Shown in pieces: positions 24,101 to 36,979 of a stretch of 64,000 nucleotides of DNA. How positions within the stretch are numbered: the first letter of the stretch is position 1; each line of letters starts with the position of its first letter. The DNA comes from Podarcis vaucheri (Eukaryota). The translations under genes and the position numbers were made by a program. The notes below the pieces were generated by a model that saw only the letters and a program-made list of their open reading frames with translations, did no database searches and was not told where the DNA came from. Location: NCBI GenBank assembly GCA_965113315.1, contig OZ220364.1. One strand, 5' to 3'.

Positions 24101-25997
24101 TTTTCCTAAAAGTTCAAATGGCTGAACACTAAGCATGCAGATCTGTTGTATGACCATCTTCTCACACAATGTTTGGAATTTCAGCTAAAATTAAGCAACA
24201 CTGCCAAATAAAACATACATTAAAAAGAACTGTTTGAGGTCAATTATCAATAACAATTCATGTTTCTGTTTAGCACCTCAAATTTTAAACTTTCATTGTA
24301 GAAGTACCTGTTCTTTTCACAAACCAGTGAATATTGCTAAACATGGCTGATGAATAATACAGATTTTTTTAAAGCAACACTTGGTATAAAAACTTGAGAT
24401 CTGTTACATCTGTGAAAATCTGGCTCTTTAATGTGCTAAGCATTGCATAGCCCACTATTACAGCCAGTACTGCCAGGACAGCAACCTTGAAGACACTGTC
24501 CGGAGACACTGTCCTTTTGAGGCTTTTGAGGCGTCTTCCGTTGAAACTTTTGAAAGACTATTGAAAGGCTGTCCTTAGACATCTGTTTTGAACACACGGC
24601 TTGACGGTCCTCGCTACCACTCTGTTATATTGTACATATGAACTTTGATTGGCTTATTCCTATAATTTGAATGATATCATTATTCTATTATATATTCTCT
24701 ACTAACTATTAGCCCACGTGTTGTGTTTGTATTGTTGTGATGACAGCAACCTTGGGGAGCAGGTGTTGAGGGACAAAGCTGTGCAAGCCACACAGTTGCG
24801 CATGCATCCCCTGAGTCAACCTGCAGCGTTGAAGTAAGGTTCAACTGAGAACCTGGTCACCTTCTGCATCTGGAATGGAAGGGATGCCATCTTGTCCTTT
24901 TGCTTCAGGCAGCAAACGGTGTTGAGTCAGACCCGCCCAGCAATGAAGCGCAAATATATCCTTAGCTTCTGGAGTGAAAGGGGTGGTTGCAGCACATAAT
25001 TTAACTGCAGCATGCACGCACATGCACGCACACTCCTTGAATTGTATGGATGCTAAACCTACATTGGTGCACTGGATATTATGCGCAATGCACTGATTTT
25101 GGTAAGTTGTTTCATCTCAGATTTCAGTCCAGTTAGGACTGTTTGGGGTTGCATCTTGATGTTGTTTATATATGATTATTATTACCTTTTGGTGTGTTTT
25201 TTGACATTTAGCATGCTGCAACCTACCGTATCTTGAACTGTCAAGCACTTATCAGGCAATTCAACCCAGATATGAGGACTGGGCTGTCTCTCCCTTTGCC
25301 TGTGAGTTTACAAAAGATTGTACAAGTATAATCTTCTGTCCATGTGGTGTACATGGGACCTTGCACTTTTGCCTTGTATGAAATTTAATGTTCATATAGT
25401 TCATATAGTTAATCACTTTGCAAGCACCTGTCCACAATGATGTATGGGCCACACAAGAGCCAAATTTAAAGATTTTTTTTTTCCAAGTTGCACCTTCAAT
25501 GAGAGTTAAATGTGCTTAACTTTGGCCTGACTATGCCCTTGTTTAAATGATCTATTGGCAACATGAGCCCGTTTACAAGGTGTGGAAGGCAAACATGATG
25601 CTGAAACCAAGAAGTATGCCATGAGTTTGTGTTTCAACGATGAACATACACAATACTAACTCACATAGGAAAGAGAAACAATGTATGGTAGAAATGTGCT
25701 AACATGATTTCCAAATCATTTTGACAAAATCATTTAGACTAAATGTGATTAAATATGCTGTACATTAAAAAAAAAGTTCCCATATATATTTACATGGCTT
25801 TTCTGCTGAAGACAAATTTTTAAAATGGCAATAATAATACAGTATTATTATTTTAAAACTGCCAACAGGTTTCAAGCTTAATAAACAAACACATTTCTGT
25901 TCATTAACAGTAGTTTCGACTTGAAACTAACAGATGACATATTTCACTGCAGAAACGCAGGCATGCATTGGAAATAAGATCTGTTGTTAGTATTTAC

Positions 25998-26138
25998 CTT
26001 TTTCAGTTGTGCTTCTAGCTTACTACACTCCTCCTTCTTTTGCTCTATGGCTATTTCTAAAGACTTTAACTTGGAGTCTCTTTTCAGTCCAGCCGAAGCC
26101 AATGATGATGCATGTTCTTTGAGGTCAATTAAGCTAGA
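25998..26138 (-). CDS. ERC2: ERC2 coding exon, 141 nt, phase 0-0: SSLIDLKEHASSLASAGLKRDSKLKSLEIAIEQKKEECSKLEAQLKK
   Basis: tatttag|TCTAGCTTA...AAAAAG|gtaaat. 47 codons, open. Confidence 0.96.
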
Positions 26139-27732
26139 CTAAATACATGTAATATATATAAAAGAGACAATTGAAAGAGAAGGTTACCAGAAAACATAGA
26201 ACCAATTTTTAATCCCTACTAAGCCTTTTACAGCGGGCTTGGAGACTGTGAGGTGCCGTCCTCTAAAGCACAGCTGCAATGATGTTCCAGAGCACATAGG
26301 TAATGAGCCATGGGTAGAAAGCCCGACACTATGTTTAGTCCCTGCTGCAAAGAGCTTAGAGGAAATCAACAGCATAGGAGCATAGCGCCTCTGTGGGCAC
26401 ATGTATACACTGCCCACTTACCCTCCTTCTGGCCTAACTGAAAGTAAACTGATGATGACGGACAGTAGTGGATATTTATTAAGTTCAATGGACCTCTTTT
26501 GATTCTTTACTGGGGCTCTTCTCTCTCTAAGCAATTGCAGTGGACCCACTTTAAACCTAAACAACAACAAAATATGGGCTTCTTATATTTATGTGGAGTT
26601 GCAGACCTGCCGGTTTACAGGGGAGAGGGAGGGGGCTTCCAATTTATGCAGATGTCTCAGCCTCTGCACCAACACAACGGGGAAATATTAAGACATCACT
26701 AATTATTAACCATTAAGCAGAACAAACATTTGCAAACGCAGTTGTGGAAAAACCCTGGGTTCTGACATATATATAGCAGCAAATATTTCCACTGCAGCCT
26801 CAAAAGAACAATCTCATAAACATGCCCAAGTACTAGCCTCCAGGAGCAGGACATAATTCTAGTGCTATCACATTAAGTCTGAGAGGCATGTTCATAGTTT
26901 TGAATAGGTCCAACCAACATAGTGACACAACTTTAGCCTTGTTTGTCTCTGGTTCTTTCCAACAGGGTGCAATTATACAATAATTTTCTTAATGTGTCTC
27001 ATCTCCCCTTTACTGCTATTATCAGTTCTCAAAGGGACAGGATGGCAGAGCTCAGCATGGGTGTAACCAAGGGGAAGAGGACACAATATTTACTGAAAAG
27101 CGTGGAAAGTACTCAATTAATTAAGGTGCCCCCCCAGCAGATGCCTGGCCCCTAACAAAAATCCTGGCTACGCCTATGGGGCTCAACGAAAAAATTATAG
27201 TGTGACATTGTTCTCATTACAGCCATCATTTACATGCCACAGTATGTTATTCAAAGAACTTTGCATATGTTATCTGTGTAATCCTTACAACAGTCAGTCT
27301 TATGAAGGCCACCTGCAGCTGAGAGTGGAAGGGGTGAAGTGGAAAGAAAAATGCCTTGGCTAAGGCCACCTAGTGAGTCCAAAGCTGAAGTGAGTTTTGA
27401 ATCGGGGACTTCCTGGGTTACAGCTGCAGTTAGCACAATCATGCAAAGCAAAGTTAAAAAGATAAGGACAGAAATGAAGTAACCTTTAATTCCTGGAAGC
27501 CTCTGCTGGGTCCAAATTGTTTCTCTTCCTGGAATGGCATGTTTGAAGCCCAGCCACTATTAAATTATATGTAAAAGTTGGAAGCCCAGAAATATGGTTG
27601 CTTTGGAGATATTACATCCCAAATTATTTAAATATATTTGCTTTCACCTGAAACATCTCACTCTGTGACTGTAAAACTATACACAATTTGAATCACAGCA
27701 ATACAAATATTCAATTAATTGCAAACACTGAC

Positions 27733-27873
27733 CTCTTTTTCTGTTAACTCTGCTTGCAAAGCATTAACTTTTTCCTTCAGGTCTTTGTTTTCTTTTTTAA
27801 AGGATTCAATTTCTTCAATCCTTTCACGGTCATCTCTTTCCCTCTGCTCCTTTAATCGCTCTATAATTCTCTC
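27733..27873 (-). CDS. ERC2: ERC2 coding exon, 141 nt, phase 0-0: ERIIERLKEQRERDDRERIEEIESFKKENKDLKEKVNALQAELTEKE
   Basis: tatttag|GAGAGAATT...AAAGAG|gtcagt. 47 codons, open, in frame with neighbouring exons. Confidence 0.96.
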
Positions 27874-27948
27874 CTAAATAGTGAAAACATGGTTACACTT
27901 TATAACTTGAACCAGCAGCTTGGAAAATATGTGACACACACACACACC

Positions 27949-28356
27949 ATCCTTCATCTGAGGATCATAGGGTGGTTTACAATATAAAAACGCAAAAATA
28001 CGTAACATTAGCCAAAGGCCTGGCAAAAGATGAATGTTTTCACCTGGCATCTAAAGATATGTAATGAAGGCACCAGGTGAGCCTCTCTGGGGAGTAAAAG
28101 GTAAAGGTAAAGGTACCCTGCCCGTACGGGCCAGTCTTGCCAGGCTCTAGGGTTGTGCGCTCATCTCACTCTATAGGCCGGGAGCCAGCGCTGTCCGCAG
28201 ACACTTCCGGGTCACGTGGCCAGCGTGACAAGCTGCATCTGGCGAACCAGCGCAGCACATGGAACGCCGTTTACCTTCCCACTGGTAAGCGGTCCCTATT
28301 TATGTGCTTGCACCCGGGGGTGCTTTCGAACTGCTAGCATTCTACAAATGGGGGCT
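27949..28356 (-). mobile_element. L2-type LINE 3' fragment interrupted by a Sauria SINE
   Basis: Collinear with the 15221-15590 copy (ccttcatctgaggatca...gccaaaggcctgg...gggag|agcattc). Confidence 0.65.
28095..28337 (-). mobile_element. Sauria SINE, 5'-truncated
   Basis: (ACCTTT)n tail on the minus strand. Body similar to 29152-29515 but lacks the tRNA head. Confidence 0.85.
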
Positions 28357-28851
28357 TGTAAGAGGCTCAAATAAGAAATTCCTTTTAAACAGTCATTCTG
28401 GATTTGCTGTCATTAGAAGAACATCAAGAATGAGGTCACAATCCAAGAAACTGCACACACAGCTCAATGCACGTACGTCTGGCTTCAGAAATATGACCTA
28501 TCGAGTTCAACACAGCCTATCAGCCAGCATGTTGTGGTTTGAGAACACCCCTCTGCTTCTGAATTCCTAGACCAGTAGGGAATCTGCTGAGCCACTAGTT
28601 TGTTTCCATGCAGGGCAGGCAAATTGTAGCATTTGGCTTGATGGATCACAAACTGTGCATCCTACCTTGTCAAATGACCTTCTGACTCCTTACCCCACCC
28701 ACATTATCGTCTCCCTGTATCCCATTGTAAACCAGTTTTGAAAAGGGAGTGTTGATCTATAAATGGTTTTCCTAGAAGGATGTAAGCTTACGTTTCCAGT
28801 GCAACTACCCTCTTCTCTCTTCCTACTGGACAAACAACTGTTTTCAATATA

Positions 28852-29093
28852 CAGTGGTACCTCGGGTTAAGTACTTAATTCGTTCCGGAGGTCTGTTCTT
28901 AACCTGAAACTGTTCTTAACCTGAGGCACCGCTTTAGCTAATGGGGCTTCCCGCTGCTGTTGTGCCACCGGATAACGATTTCTGTTCTCATCCTGAAGCA
29001 AAGTTCTTAACCCGAGGTACTATTTCTGGGTTAGCGGAGTCTGCAACCTGAAGCGTATGTAACCTGAAGCATATGTAACCCGAGGTACCACTG
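28852..29093. mobile_element. Tc1/mariner (Tigger-like) MITE, 242 bp
   Basis: TIR CAGTGGTACCTCGGGTTA / TAACCCGAGGTACCACTG with TA duplication. Sister copies at 37169 (inverted) and 50688. Confidence 0.88.
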
Positions 29094-29151
29094 TACTGCT
29101 ATCTCAGCCTGAGCTAGTATCACATTATGATACTGTCTGACAGGAGATGTA

Positions 29152-29515
29152 AAGGTAAAGGTAAAGGTACCCCTGCCCGAACGGGCCAGTCTTGACAGAC
29201 TGTGGGGTTTGTGCGCCCATCTCACATTTATTGGCCGGGGGCCAGCGCTGTCCGGGGACACTTCCGGGTCACGTGGCCAGCGTGACATCGCTGCTCTGGC
29301 GAGCCAGAGCCGCACACGGAACGCCGTTTACCTTCCCGCTGGTAAGCGGTACCTATTTATCTACTTGCACCCGGGGGTGCTTTCGAACTGCTAGGTTGGC
29401 AGGCGCTGGGACCGAGCAGCGGGAGCGCACCCCGCCGCGGGGATTCGAACCGCCGACCTTTCGATCGGCAAGCCCTAGGCGTTGAGGCTTTAGCCCACAG
29501 CGCCACCCGCGTCCC
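29152..29515 (-). mobile_element. Sauria SINE, full length, young
   Basis: Head GGGACGCGGGTGGCGCTGTGGG and B box GGTTCGAATCC on the minus strand, (ACCTTT)n tail, 14-bp TSD tgacaggagatgta (29138-29151, 29519-29532), CpGs largely intact. Confidence 0.92.
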
Positions 29516-30971
29516 TAGTGACAGGAGATGTACTCAGGTGTAAATGTAAGCTTCATTTCAGAAGGTAGCAGTTAGTTAAAGGAAGTGCAAATATTTGTGT
29601 TTCTCCAATAAGCTTAGTTCTTTTCTACTGTAATACAATATAGTACATGACATGAAAGTGCTTTCTGTTATGTATGGGAAAAGCTGGGCATTGTGCTACA
29701 TGTACAAATATATAACTAATGTTTAATATTATTGTGAGATTTTTAACATTCAAGAGAAGACATTTATTTAACCAAGTAATAAGGCCTCAGTCAAGGGAAT
29801 TTTCAAGCATACACATTTGGAGCTTTTTGACATAGAAAAATAATCAACTCTAAGACCAATGATCTTGAGATAGATCTTGAAATAAGAATGTTGATATAGA
29901 ACAGGTATTATTAGCTACTGCATTTTAAAAGCTTTTTCCCCCCAGAAGAACTGGAAGTCCTTAGGTTGATAGCAATGCTGAACTGCACATAATCCTGGTT
30001 CACCTTCTAAAGTAAGGCAAATTACAGCACTGACAAATTTAGATATACTTTAGGCATCCGCTTGAAGTCAAACAGAGTTTGAGAGTATTCATTTAACATA
30101 TGGTTATTACTGGATATTATCATAACACTAACCCGCATCTCACCCTGTGAGGATATTGAGATGGACCACATGGATAAGCCTGGGTTCCTATACACTTGAT
30201 TCCTGTGTTGTCTGAAAGCTCAGAGTTTGCTAGTTTTGCAGGGAAATCATTCAAGGCTCCTAGGTAGCAACGATGCTCAGCGTCGGAATAACTGTTCCTG
30301 TTTTCTTTTCCCTGTCCCACTGTTCCTGTTTTTGCCTTTGAAAGATGCCTTGTTAAAACATTGAATAAGGGTTTCTAGATTTCTCATACATGTATTATCT
30401 CTTGAGTCAATGCCTACACTTGAACATACATTACAGGTACTGGGGGATATTAACTATGAACACAGGAGCCCATCCCATTTCACTGCCTGAGGCAAAACTG
30501 AGGGTGCTGCCTCCTCAACAGCCTCACCCTCTCACCAAAACCTCGCTTACCAAGATTGCACAGCAGCTTACGGCAAAATCTCACAAGAGTTCTGTGAGCT
30601 CTCATGAGATTTCTGCGAGATCTCATGAGATCTTGGCTGAAACTGCCTTCACTGTTTCTCTTCCCTCCTCTGGCAGGGGCAGCCAGGGAACCCACAGGAG
30701 CTCCACCTCATGGGATTCCACCACCCAAGGCAGCTGCCTCAGACTGCCTCATGGGCAGGCTGACCCTCACGATGGATATCCTTGCCCTGACATCTCCACA
30801 GATTGTGGAATGGGGAAGAGAATAATGCTATGCTTATTTGGAAAGTTAATTCAGACTGTTCCTTTAACAGCTCTCCTCCTGCTCCAGTTTCAATACCCTC
30901 AGTCCCAAACCACCCCTCATGGAAGTTGTTGGTCTTCACCTTCACCTTCTCTCTCACTGTAGCTTATAAGT

Positions 30972-31107
30972 CAGTGGTGGCCAAACTTGGCCCTCCAGCT
31001 GTTTTGGGACTACAACTCCCAACATCCCTAGCTAACAGGACCAGTGGTCAGGGATGATGGGAACTGTAGTCCCAAAACAGCTGGAGGGTCAAGTCTGGCC
31101 ATAACTG
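30972..31107. mobile_element. Palindromic ~136-bp hAT MITE
   Basis: Long arms ccctccagctgttttgggactaca / tgtagtcccaaaacagctggaggg. 8-bp TSD ttataagt/ttctaagt. Confidence 0.85.
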
Positions 31108-31562
31108 TTCTAAGTGAACAGCCTCTCTCTCTCTCATTAGTGCTATACTTAAGATTGCAAAAAAACAACAACAAATATGGGCAGTAGAGTCCACAGCCAT
31201 GGAAACGTCATGTAGGAGAGTGAGGCATGAGGAAATGTGGCACTTTAGTGTTTATATGGGCAGCACAAGTTTCCAGTTAGGCACGGAACTTCTGCTATTA
31301 GGTATGGGTGAGTACCTGCATGCTAGGCCCCCCCCAAAACAATAAGGCTTTTTAAGTGTGCAATCCATTTCAGTGTTTGACTAGAACGCTCAAGCAGTCT
31401 AATCTCCCATCCCTCTCAAAGCCTCTCTACTCCCTCTATAAGCTTGCCTGAAATAAATGGTGTGTTTTGAGACTAATTTGGCCCAGGCCCTTGATTCCTC
31501 ACTCCCCACACGCCCTTTCAATTGTCCCACTTTACAAGAAAGAAAAAATCCTTGCCGTAGGG

Positions 31563-31930
31563 CAGGGTTGGGGAACCTTCTTCAGACCAAGGGTCGCATT
31601 CCCTTGTGGTCAACCTTCCAGGGACCACACACCTTTGGTGGTTGAGACCAGAGGTAAAAGTGGGCAGAGCAACTAATGTGGGAGGACTTCCCTTTGTACA
31701 GCAGGCTATAGTTTCTTTACACTCAAACACCCCTCTACAGCCTCCATCTGGGCCAACAAGAAGCATTATCAGAATTCAGGGACACTTTCCTTCCAAATGA
31801 AAACATTCAAGGAGGATGCAAAGAAGAGGTAGCGTGTTTGTGGGTATCTCAGGAGGGTGTGTGATCTGGGAGACTCCTGAGGGTCAGAGAGAGGGGCCTA
31901 GAAGGCTGTACCTGGCCCCAAAGGGACTGG
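31563..31930. mobile_element. Old hAT-like non-autonomous element
   Basis: Starts cagggttggggaacctt and is related in reverse orientation to 41915-42401. Right end approximate. Confidence 0.5.
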
Positions 31931-32997
31931 GGTTGCGGAGACAAGAAGCAAAATGCTTTTTGCTTCTTGGGGAAGGGGTATCAGGGAGGGTAGGGAAGCT
32001 AGCCAGGTAACAAGTCAGGTGTTGCAGCACCTTTTCAAGTTTGGCCCAGCCGTACACAAAATGAAGTTGATCAAACTGAACAGAAGGGGAGGGTACATTT
32101 TTGAGAGGGTTGCATATTTTAAATATTTGCCACATCTCTGATTTTAATGTTATTGTGGATAAACTGATTCTATTTGTTGTCTCTCCAAAGTTTGGCATGG
32201 AAAGTAGATTCCCCAAAATTCAGTGAAATTGTCTGGCCATCCTCTATTTTAATAGGAAGCTGTCGTATAAAGTTATGGCTTACGGACATTTCTTTAAAAT
32301 GTTTAAAAATATTTTCCTTCCCAAATAGTACAAGCATGATCCCAAAAGCATTTGTGCTGTTAATCATGATTTAATTTTTATATTTTATTAAATGTTAAAC
32401 AACATAATTCTAAAGCACAAAACGAAGATTAATTGAACTGTAATCTGCTTGAGCTAGATGTTGAAAACACATGTTAAAATACCCTAATACACCATGTTGT
32501 CTTTGATTAACCACTAACATGATGAAATCCCAACAATGTATCCTTTCTAGTATTATTTGCATTGGCAAGCATTCCTGGTGTATATATCTATCCCCCTTAC
32601 AGGCCTAATCTACATGCATTTTATCACAAAAGCAAGCAAGAACTAAATTGCAGCGGCTGAAAGCTCTGTATCGGGCACATTCAACTGCTTATTTCCAGCA
32701 ATACCACAGTTATCTCAAATTGTTAGCACACAAAAGTAACTGCAGCTTAATTTGAGCAAGGACGCAACAGGAGCTAATCCTCTTCACACTTACAAATGTT
32801 CCAGCAGTAGCTTCCATGATGTCTGATTGTTCAGAAATCCCCCTACCCACCAAAACCGGCACTGGGACTCCCTAACCATGCAGTGCAAATACTGCCCCCA
32901 AGAGCAGAATTATTGTGCGCAATTATTCGTGCAATCGAACTAGCAGCTACAACATTCAGAACCTGCTCCTAAAAGGACGTGTTCAACAAAACCATAC

Positions 32998-33135
32998 CTT
33001 CTCTGATAGAGCTTCTTCCAATGTTGCTAGAGCTGTGTCTGTGTTACTGGAATCAGTCTGCAACGACTTCACTCTGTCTTTCAAATTGGTTAGCTGTTTG
33101 TCTTTATCCCTAAGTTGCTCCTGAAGATTTTCAAT
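32998..33135 (-). CDS. ERC2: ERC2 coding exon, 138 nt, phase 0-0: IENLQEQLRDKDKQLTNLKDRVKSLQTDSSNTDTALATLEEALSEK
   Basis: ttttaaag|ATTGAAAAT...GAGAAG|gtatgg. Hand translation continues the frame of the previous exon. Not in the ORF track. Confidence 0.96.
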
Positions 33136-33453
33136 CTTTAAAACAAAGAATGCAAGATTACTCAGTACTGATTATGAAAAGGAGGCTTTAGAATGGCAAG
33201 CTCTGTTGGCAAAAGTAGGCAATTCATGAACACTTGTTGTGTGGGGGGGGAGGTTTAAAATACAGCAAACACATTACTGAAATATTCATAGTCTGAAATC
33301 ATTCAGTTCTGATTTTAACCTCTGTGAATCTCCAACAGCCAACAAAACAGAAAGATCTCAGTGGAAGGCAACCTCACTCAGTTCAATCCTTAATGCGAGT
33401 TTCCAACGTATGCTTAAAACTGATTTGTTTTAGATTTGTTTAAGCATTAGCAT

Positions 33454-33593
33454 CAGCGCTTTTTTTTCCCAGGAGGTACTCAAGGCTACACAGTCCTAGC
33501 ACCTCTTTTTTGCTGTTGTTAAAAAGTGTGGCGCTTACTGTAACAACTTTATGGTGATTACCGGCACCTATTTTTCTAGAAAAAAAAGGACTG
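33454..33593. mobile_element. hAT MITE
   Basis: CAGCGCTTTTTTTT...AAAAAAAAGGACTG imperfect TIR. 8-bp TSD attagcat/gttagcat. Confidence 0.75.
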
Positions 33594-34007
33594 GTTAGCA
33601 TGCTCCTAATAACATACATTTGCTTTAGGATGCAGAGGTTCCTATATCCTCTTTTTCCTACCAAAACTTCCCTAAAAGGGGAGTAAGATGGTTCATGACA
33701 GAACTTCTGTTAGGCACTAGATGCTGCTACAAGGGTGTTTGGCAGCATACAGGAGCACCCAGGAATCAAGGGTACAATGAGAACTAGCTTTTCCATGGTT
33801 CCAGGGGAGCTAGATGGTACCGCATATGTCATATTTGTAGCAATTACGTATCTAGGAACTAACCAGAGCATCAACATAAGCCATTGTTTCCTGTGAGTAT
33901 CTTTGGGTAGGGAAAGGGAAGTTGACAGTGATAAAGCCGGGGGGGGGGGACAAGCCCACGTTAAACCAGGCCTAAAGTGTGGTGGGTCTGGGCTTGACTC
34001 AGTATAG

Positions 34008-34143
34008 CAGGCATAGGCAAGCTCCAGCCCTCCAGATGTTCGGGACTACAATTCCCATCATACCTAGCTAACAGGACCAGTGGTCAGGGATGATGGGAAC
34101 TGTAGTCCCGAACATCTGGAGGGCCAGAGTTTGCCTCTGCATG
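34008..34143. mobile_element. Palindromic ~136-bp hAT MITE
   Basis: TIR CAGGCATAGGCAA / TTGCCTCTGCATG. Perfect 8-bp TSD cagtatag (34000-34007, 34144-34151). Confidence 0.88.
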
Positions 34144-35422
34144 CAGTATAGGATCAGAACAGTCATGTGGAGCTGGCCTACGTAAACTTACATTTAAGCC
34201 ACTTTTTTTTTTTTACCTTTCCCCCTTGCTGAAAAGCTGTTTTGAAGTAGGATCTGACTTTGCTAGATCGCCTTGAAAGAAAGCTTGTTAGCTTCATTTA
34301 TTTAAATATTTAATCACTATTTAACTATGAAGCTGCTGCTGCTGATAACATACTTTTAAATATCCTTATTGTGCAGACCTCACACCCAATTCAAATAGTG
34401 GAGATCTGCATTCTGCATCATACCTTGGTACTGTCTTCAAGAGAAGACCCAAATAGCATTTTCAGTTCAGTAATGGGGGTTCAAAATATGATTTGTTGCA
34501 GCAACAAACATCTAACACAGCACTGCAACTCATTCAGCGCAGAGCTGTTGCATCGTTGCACGGAAGGGAAATGCAAGTGCTTAGTGATTGATACCTTTCA
34601 GGATGGTGTTTCTGGTAACCCTTTGCAGCATGTTAATTAGGTAGAGGGCAAGCCTTCAGCTGCTGCTTCCTCTATCATTGTAACAATCACAGAAAATGAA
34701 ATGGAGATGACAGCTGACCTAAGGATTCCACTAGTGCAAAGCCAGCATATGATTTGGTCCTCTGTAATCAACACTCAACAGCAGGCTCTTAAGAGGAAAG
34801 AATCTTTGGCATGAATCAGGTCAAGTAAGTATGAAATGGCATATCTCTTTATACTGTGCAACTTGAGAGCAATGAAAATAATTAGCATTCCTTTTCACCG
34901 TGGGTATCACTGACTGGCTTTGAGTAAATATATTTCCTGAACTCTCCTCACCTTATCCCTTTCCAACATGACCCCAGTTATTCAAGTGGGGTAGCTTGCA
35001 GTTATGCAATACTTAAGCATCACTAAAACAAATGGAGCTTGCCACATGGCCAAGAGAATTGTGCTGTAAGGCATCAGTCACAGTTGGCATATAGCAGTGC
35101 TCTGTATACAGTTATGCAAGGAGAAACTTGTGTCGCAGCAGCTAAAGTAACATCCTGTCTTTGACCAAGTGCCTTTTAAAAGCTAAACAAACAAATAAAG
35201 CAAGTTTCAGGGGCCACTGCTACCCTGGGTTATAGAGGGGAACAGACTAAACCTGTGCATATTGTGTGAGAAGGTGGAAGGCTCTGCCCTGGGAAAGGAT
35301 CTGTCCACAGTAATGCTTTCATTTATGTGTGTTCATATTATGCAGAAAAAAAGAGAATACATGCTAAAGAGCTAAGAACCAGTTGTTTTATAGTGCACAC
35401 TACACTGCCAAATAGAACACTT

Positions 35423-35591
35423 AAATTAAAAAAGGAATAAATTGTCCAGTAGCACCTTAGAGACCAACTAAGTTTGTTCTGGGTACCCAGAACAAACCTA
35501 GTTGGTCTGTAAAGTGCTACTGGAGAATTTTTTAATATATTTTTTTCTGTCTGTGTCAGACCAACACAGCTACCTACCTGAATCTAGAAAC
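35423..35591. mobile_element. Penelope-like fragment containing a spacerless 80-bp palindrome
   Basis: Arms 35445-35484 and 35485-35524 pair at 37/40. Flanking direct repeat agaacactt (35414-35422, 35592-35600). Confidence 0.6.
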
Positions 35592-36979
35592 AGAACACTT
35601 GTTAGTGTTCAGAAGAGGGTAGACCATGTTCATTTCCTTTCTGCGCTAATAGAGGTTCTAACAACTACCTCATGACACCCTGTGGAATACTAGAGCCACT
35701 GCACATTTTACATCCAGTAAGCTGTACTCTTAAAACGTTGGGGACAAGACAACCAAAAAGAATGAACTGAAAACATGCAATTAGAAGTGAGATCTTGGCC
35801 GTGCTCTTTCGTTACGATTCTATTATGCCATGTACACCAGAAACATTAATTTGAAACGTTATTCCCCTGTCATTTGCTTATTTCAATACATTTACATCTC
35901 CTTTCTCTTAGAGACGTTTCTAAACATGACACAAAATTTATCCAGGACAACAGGTCTAAAAATGTTATTCGCAGATGTAAAGGGCATATGCTGCAAAGTA
36001 TAGGCACCTCCACTGATTCATAAATACCTTTAGACATGAAGCTCTGCACATAGCTTGAAGATAGCAGAAAAGGGATGTTACTGCTGGTGTAAAAGCCTGA
36101 TAGCTTCATAACAGCAGCTTTGGTTGGAGGGGGCAGCAAGATTCAGATTCAGTAACTGAGAACTTTGCGCTCATATATTTAAATAAAAATATAAGAGATG
36201 ACATTTCTTCTCCACCATTCCCTTTCACACCCAAGAAGATCTTCCTGTTGCTTTTTGATTCATAGAAATAAATGCAAAATTGGCACATATTAACAGGTGA
36301 GTGGCTGGCATTGGAATCTTCCATGCCGCTGGCCTCCCATCAGCCACATCACTGTGCATACTGGGAGGGGTGAGGTGGTGAGGTCAGCGCGGCACAAGCA
36401 CAGCAGATATCTGCTGCTCTGTTTGCACCACACCAGATTCTCTGCTGCCTCTCCCGTCCCTTCTGGCTTGGGGAGGCTCCCTCTTGGAAATCCTGGCAAG
36501 CCACTGCCAGCCAGCATGGACAATACTGAGCTACATGGAGGTAGAAAGAAAAGGCTATCCAGAGTTGGAGTAACCTGTCCTGGAGTGACCCACGGAGAAC
36601 AGGCAGACTGAATACCAGGGAGTCTGGGCAGGATGAAGGGCCTTCAAAGGTTCTGTTTCCTTAGGGAGGGGTTCCCTAAATAAAAGGGGAAGGCCAAATG
36701 TTGGATGAGAAAGGAGGCATTTACAAAACAAAAGGTGCTTTTGTTAAGTAACCAGAGGTAGGAAGCTAAGATTTCTGCCACACAGCAGCCACATGTGGGC
36801 TTAAGGAGCAAAGTGTGTGCTGAGTGCAACACTGAGTAAGACAGCTGTAAACAAAGCTTAAGGAGTTAAGAGTCACGTTCAGTGTACCGAAGAAGGCCGA
36901 GCACCTTGGCAGCAGACAATTCTACTCCTGCGCACACTTTATTGAGAGTATTCTTAGTGATTCTCAGAGGATTTACTGC

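Noticed and set aside
29400-29515. tRNA gene (A/B boxes, GGTTCGAATCC on minus)
   Set aside because: It is the tRNA-derived head of a Sauria SINE with body, tail and TSD.
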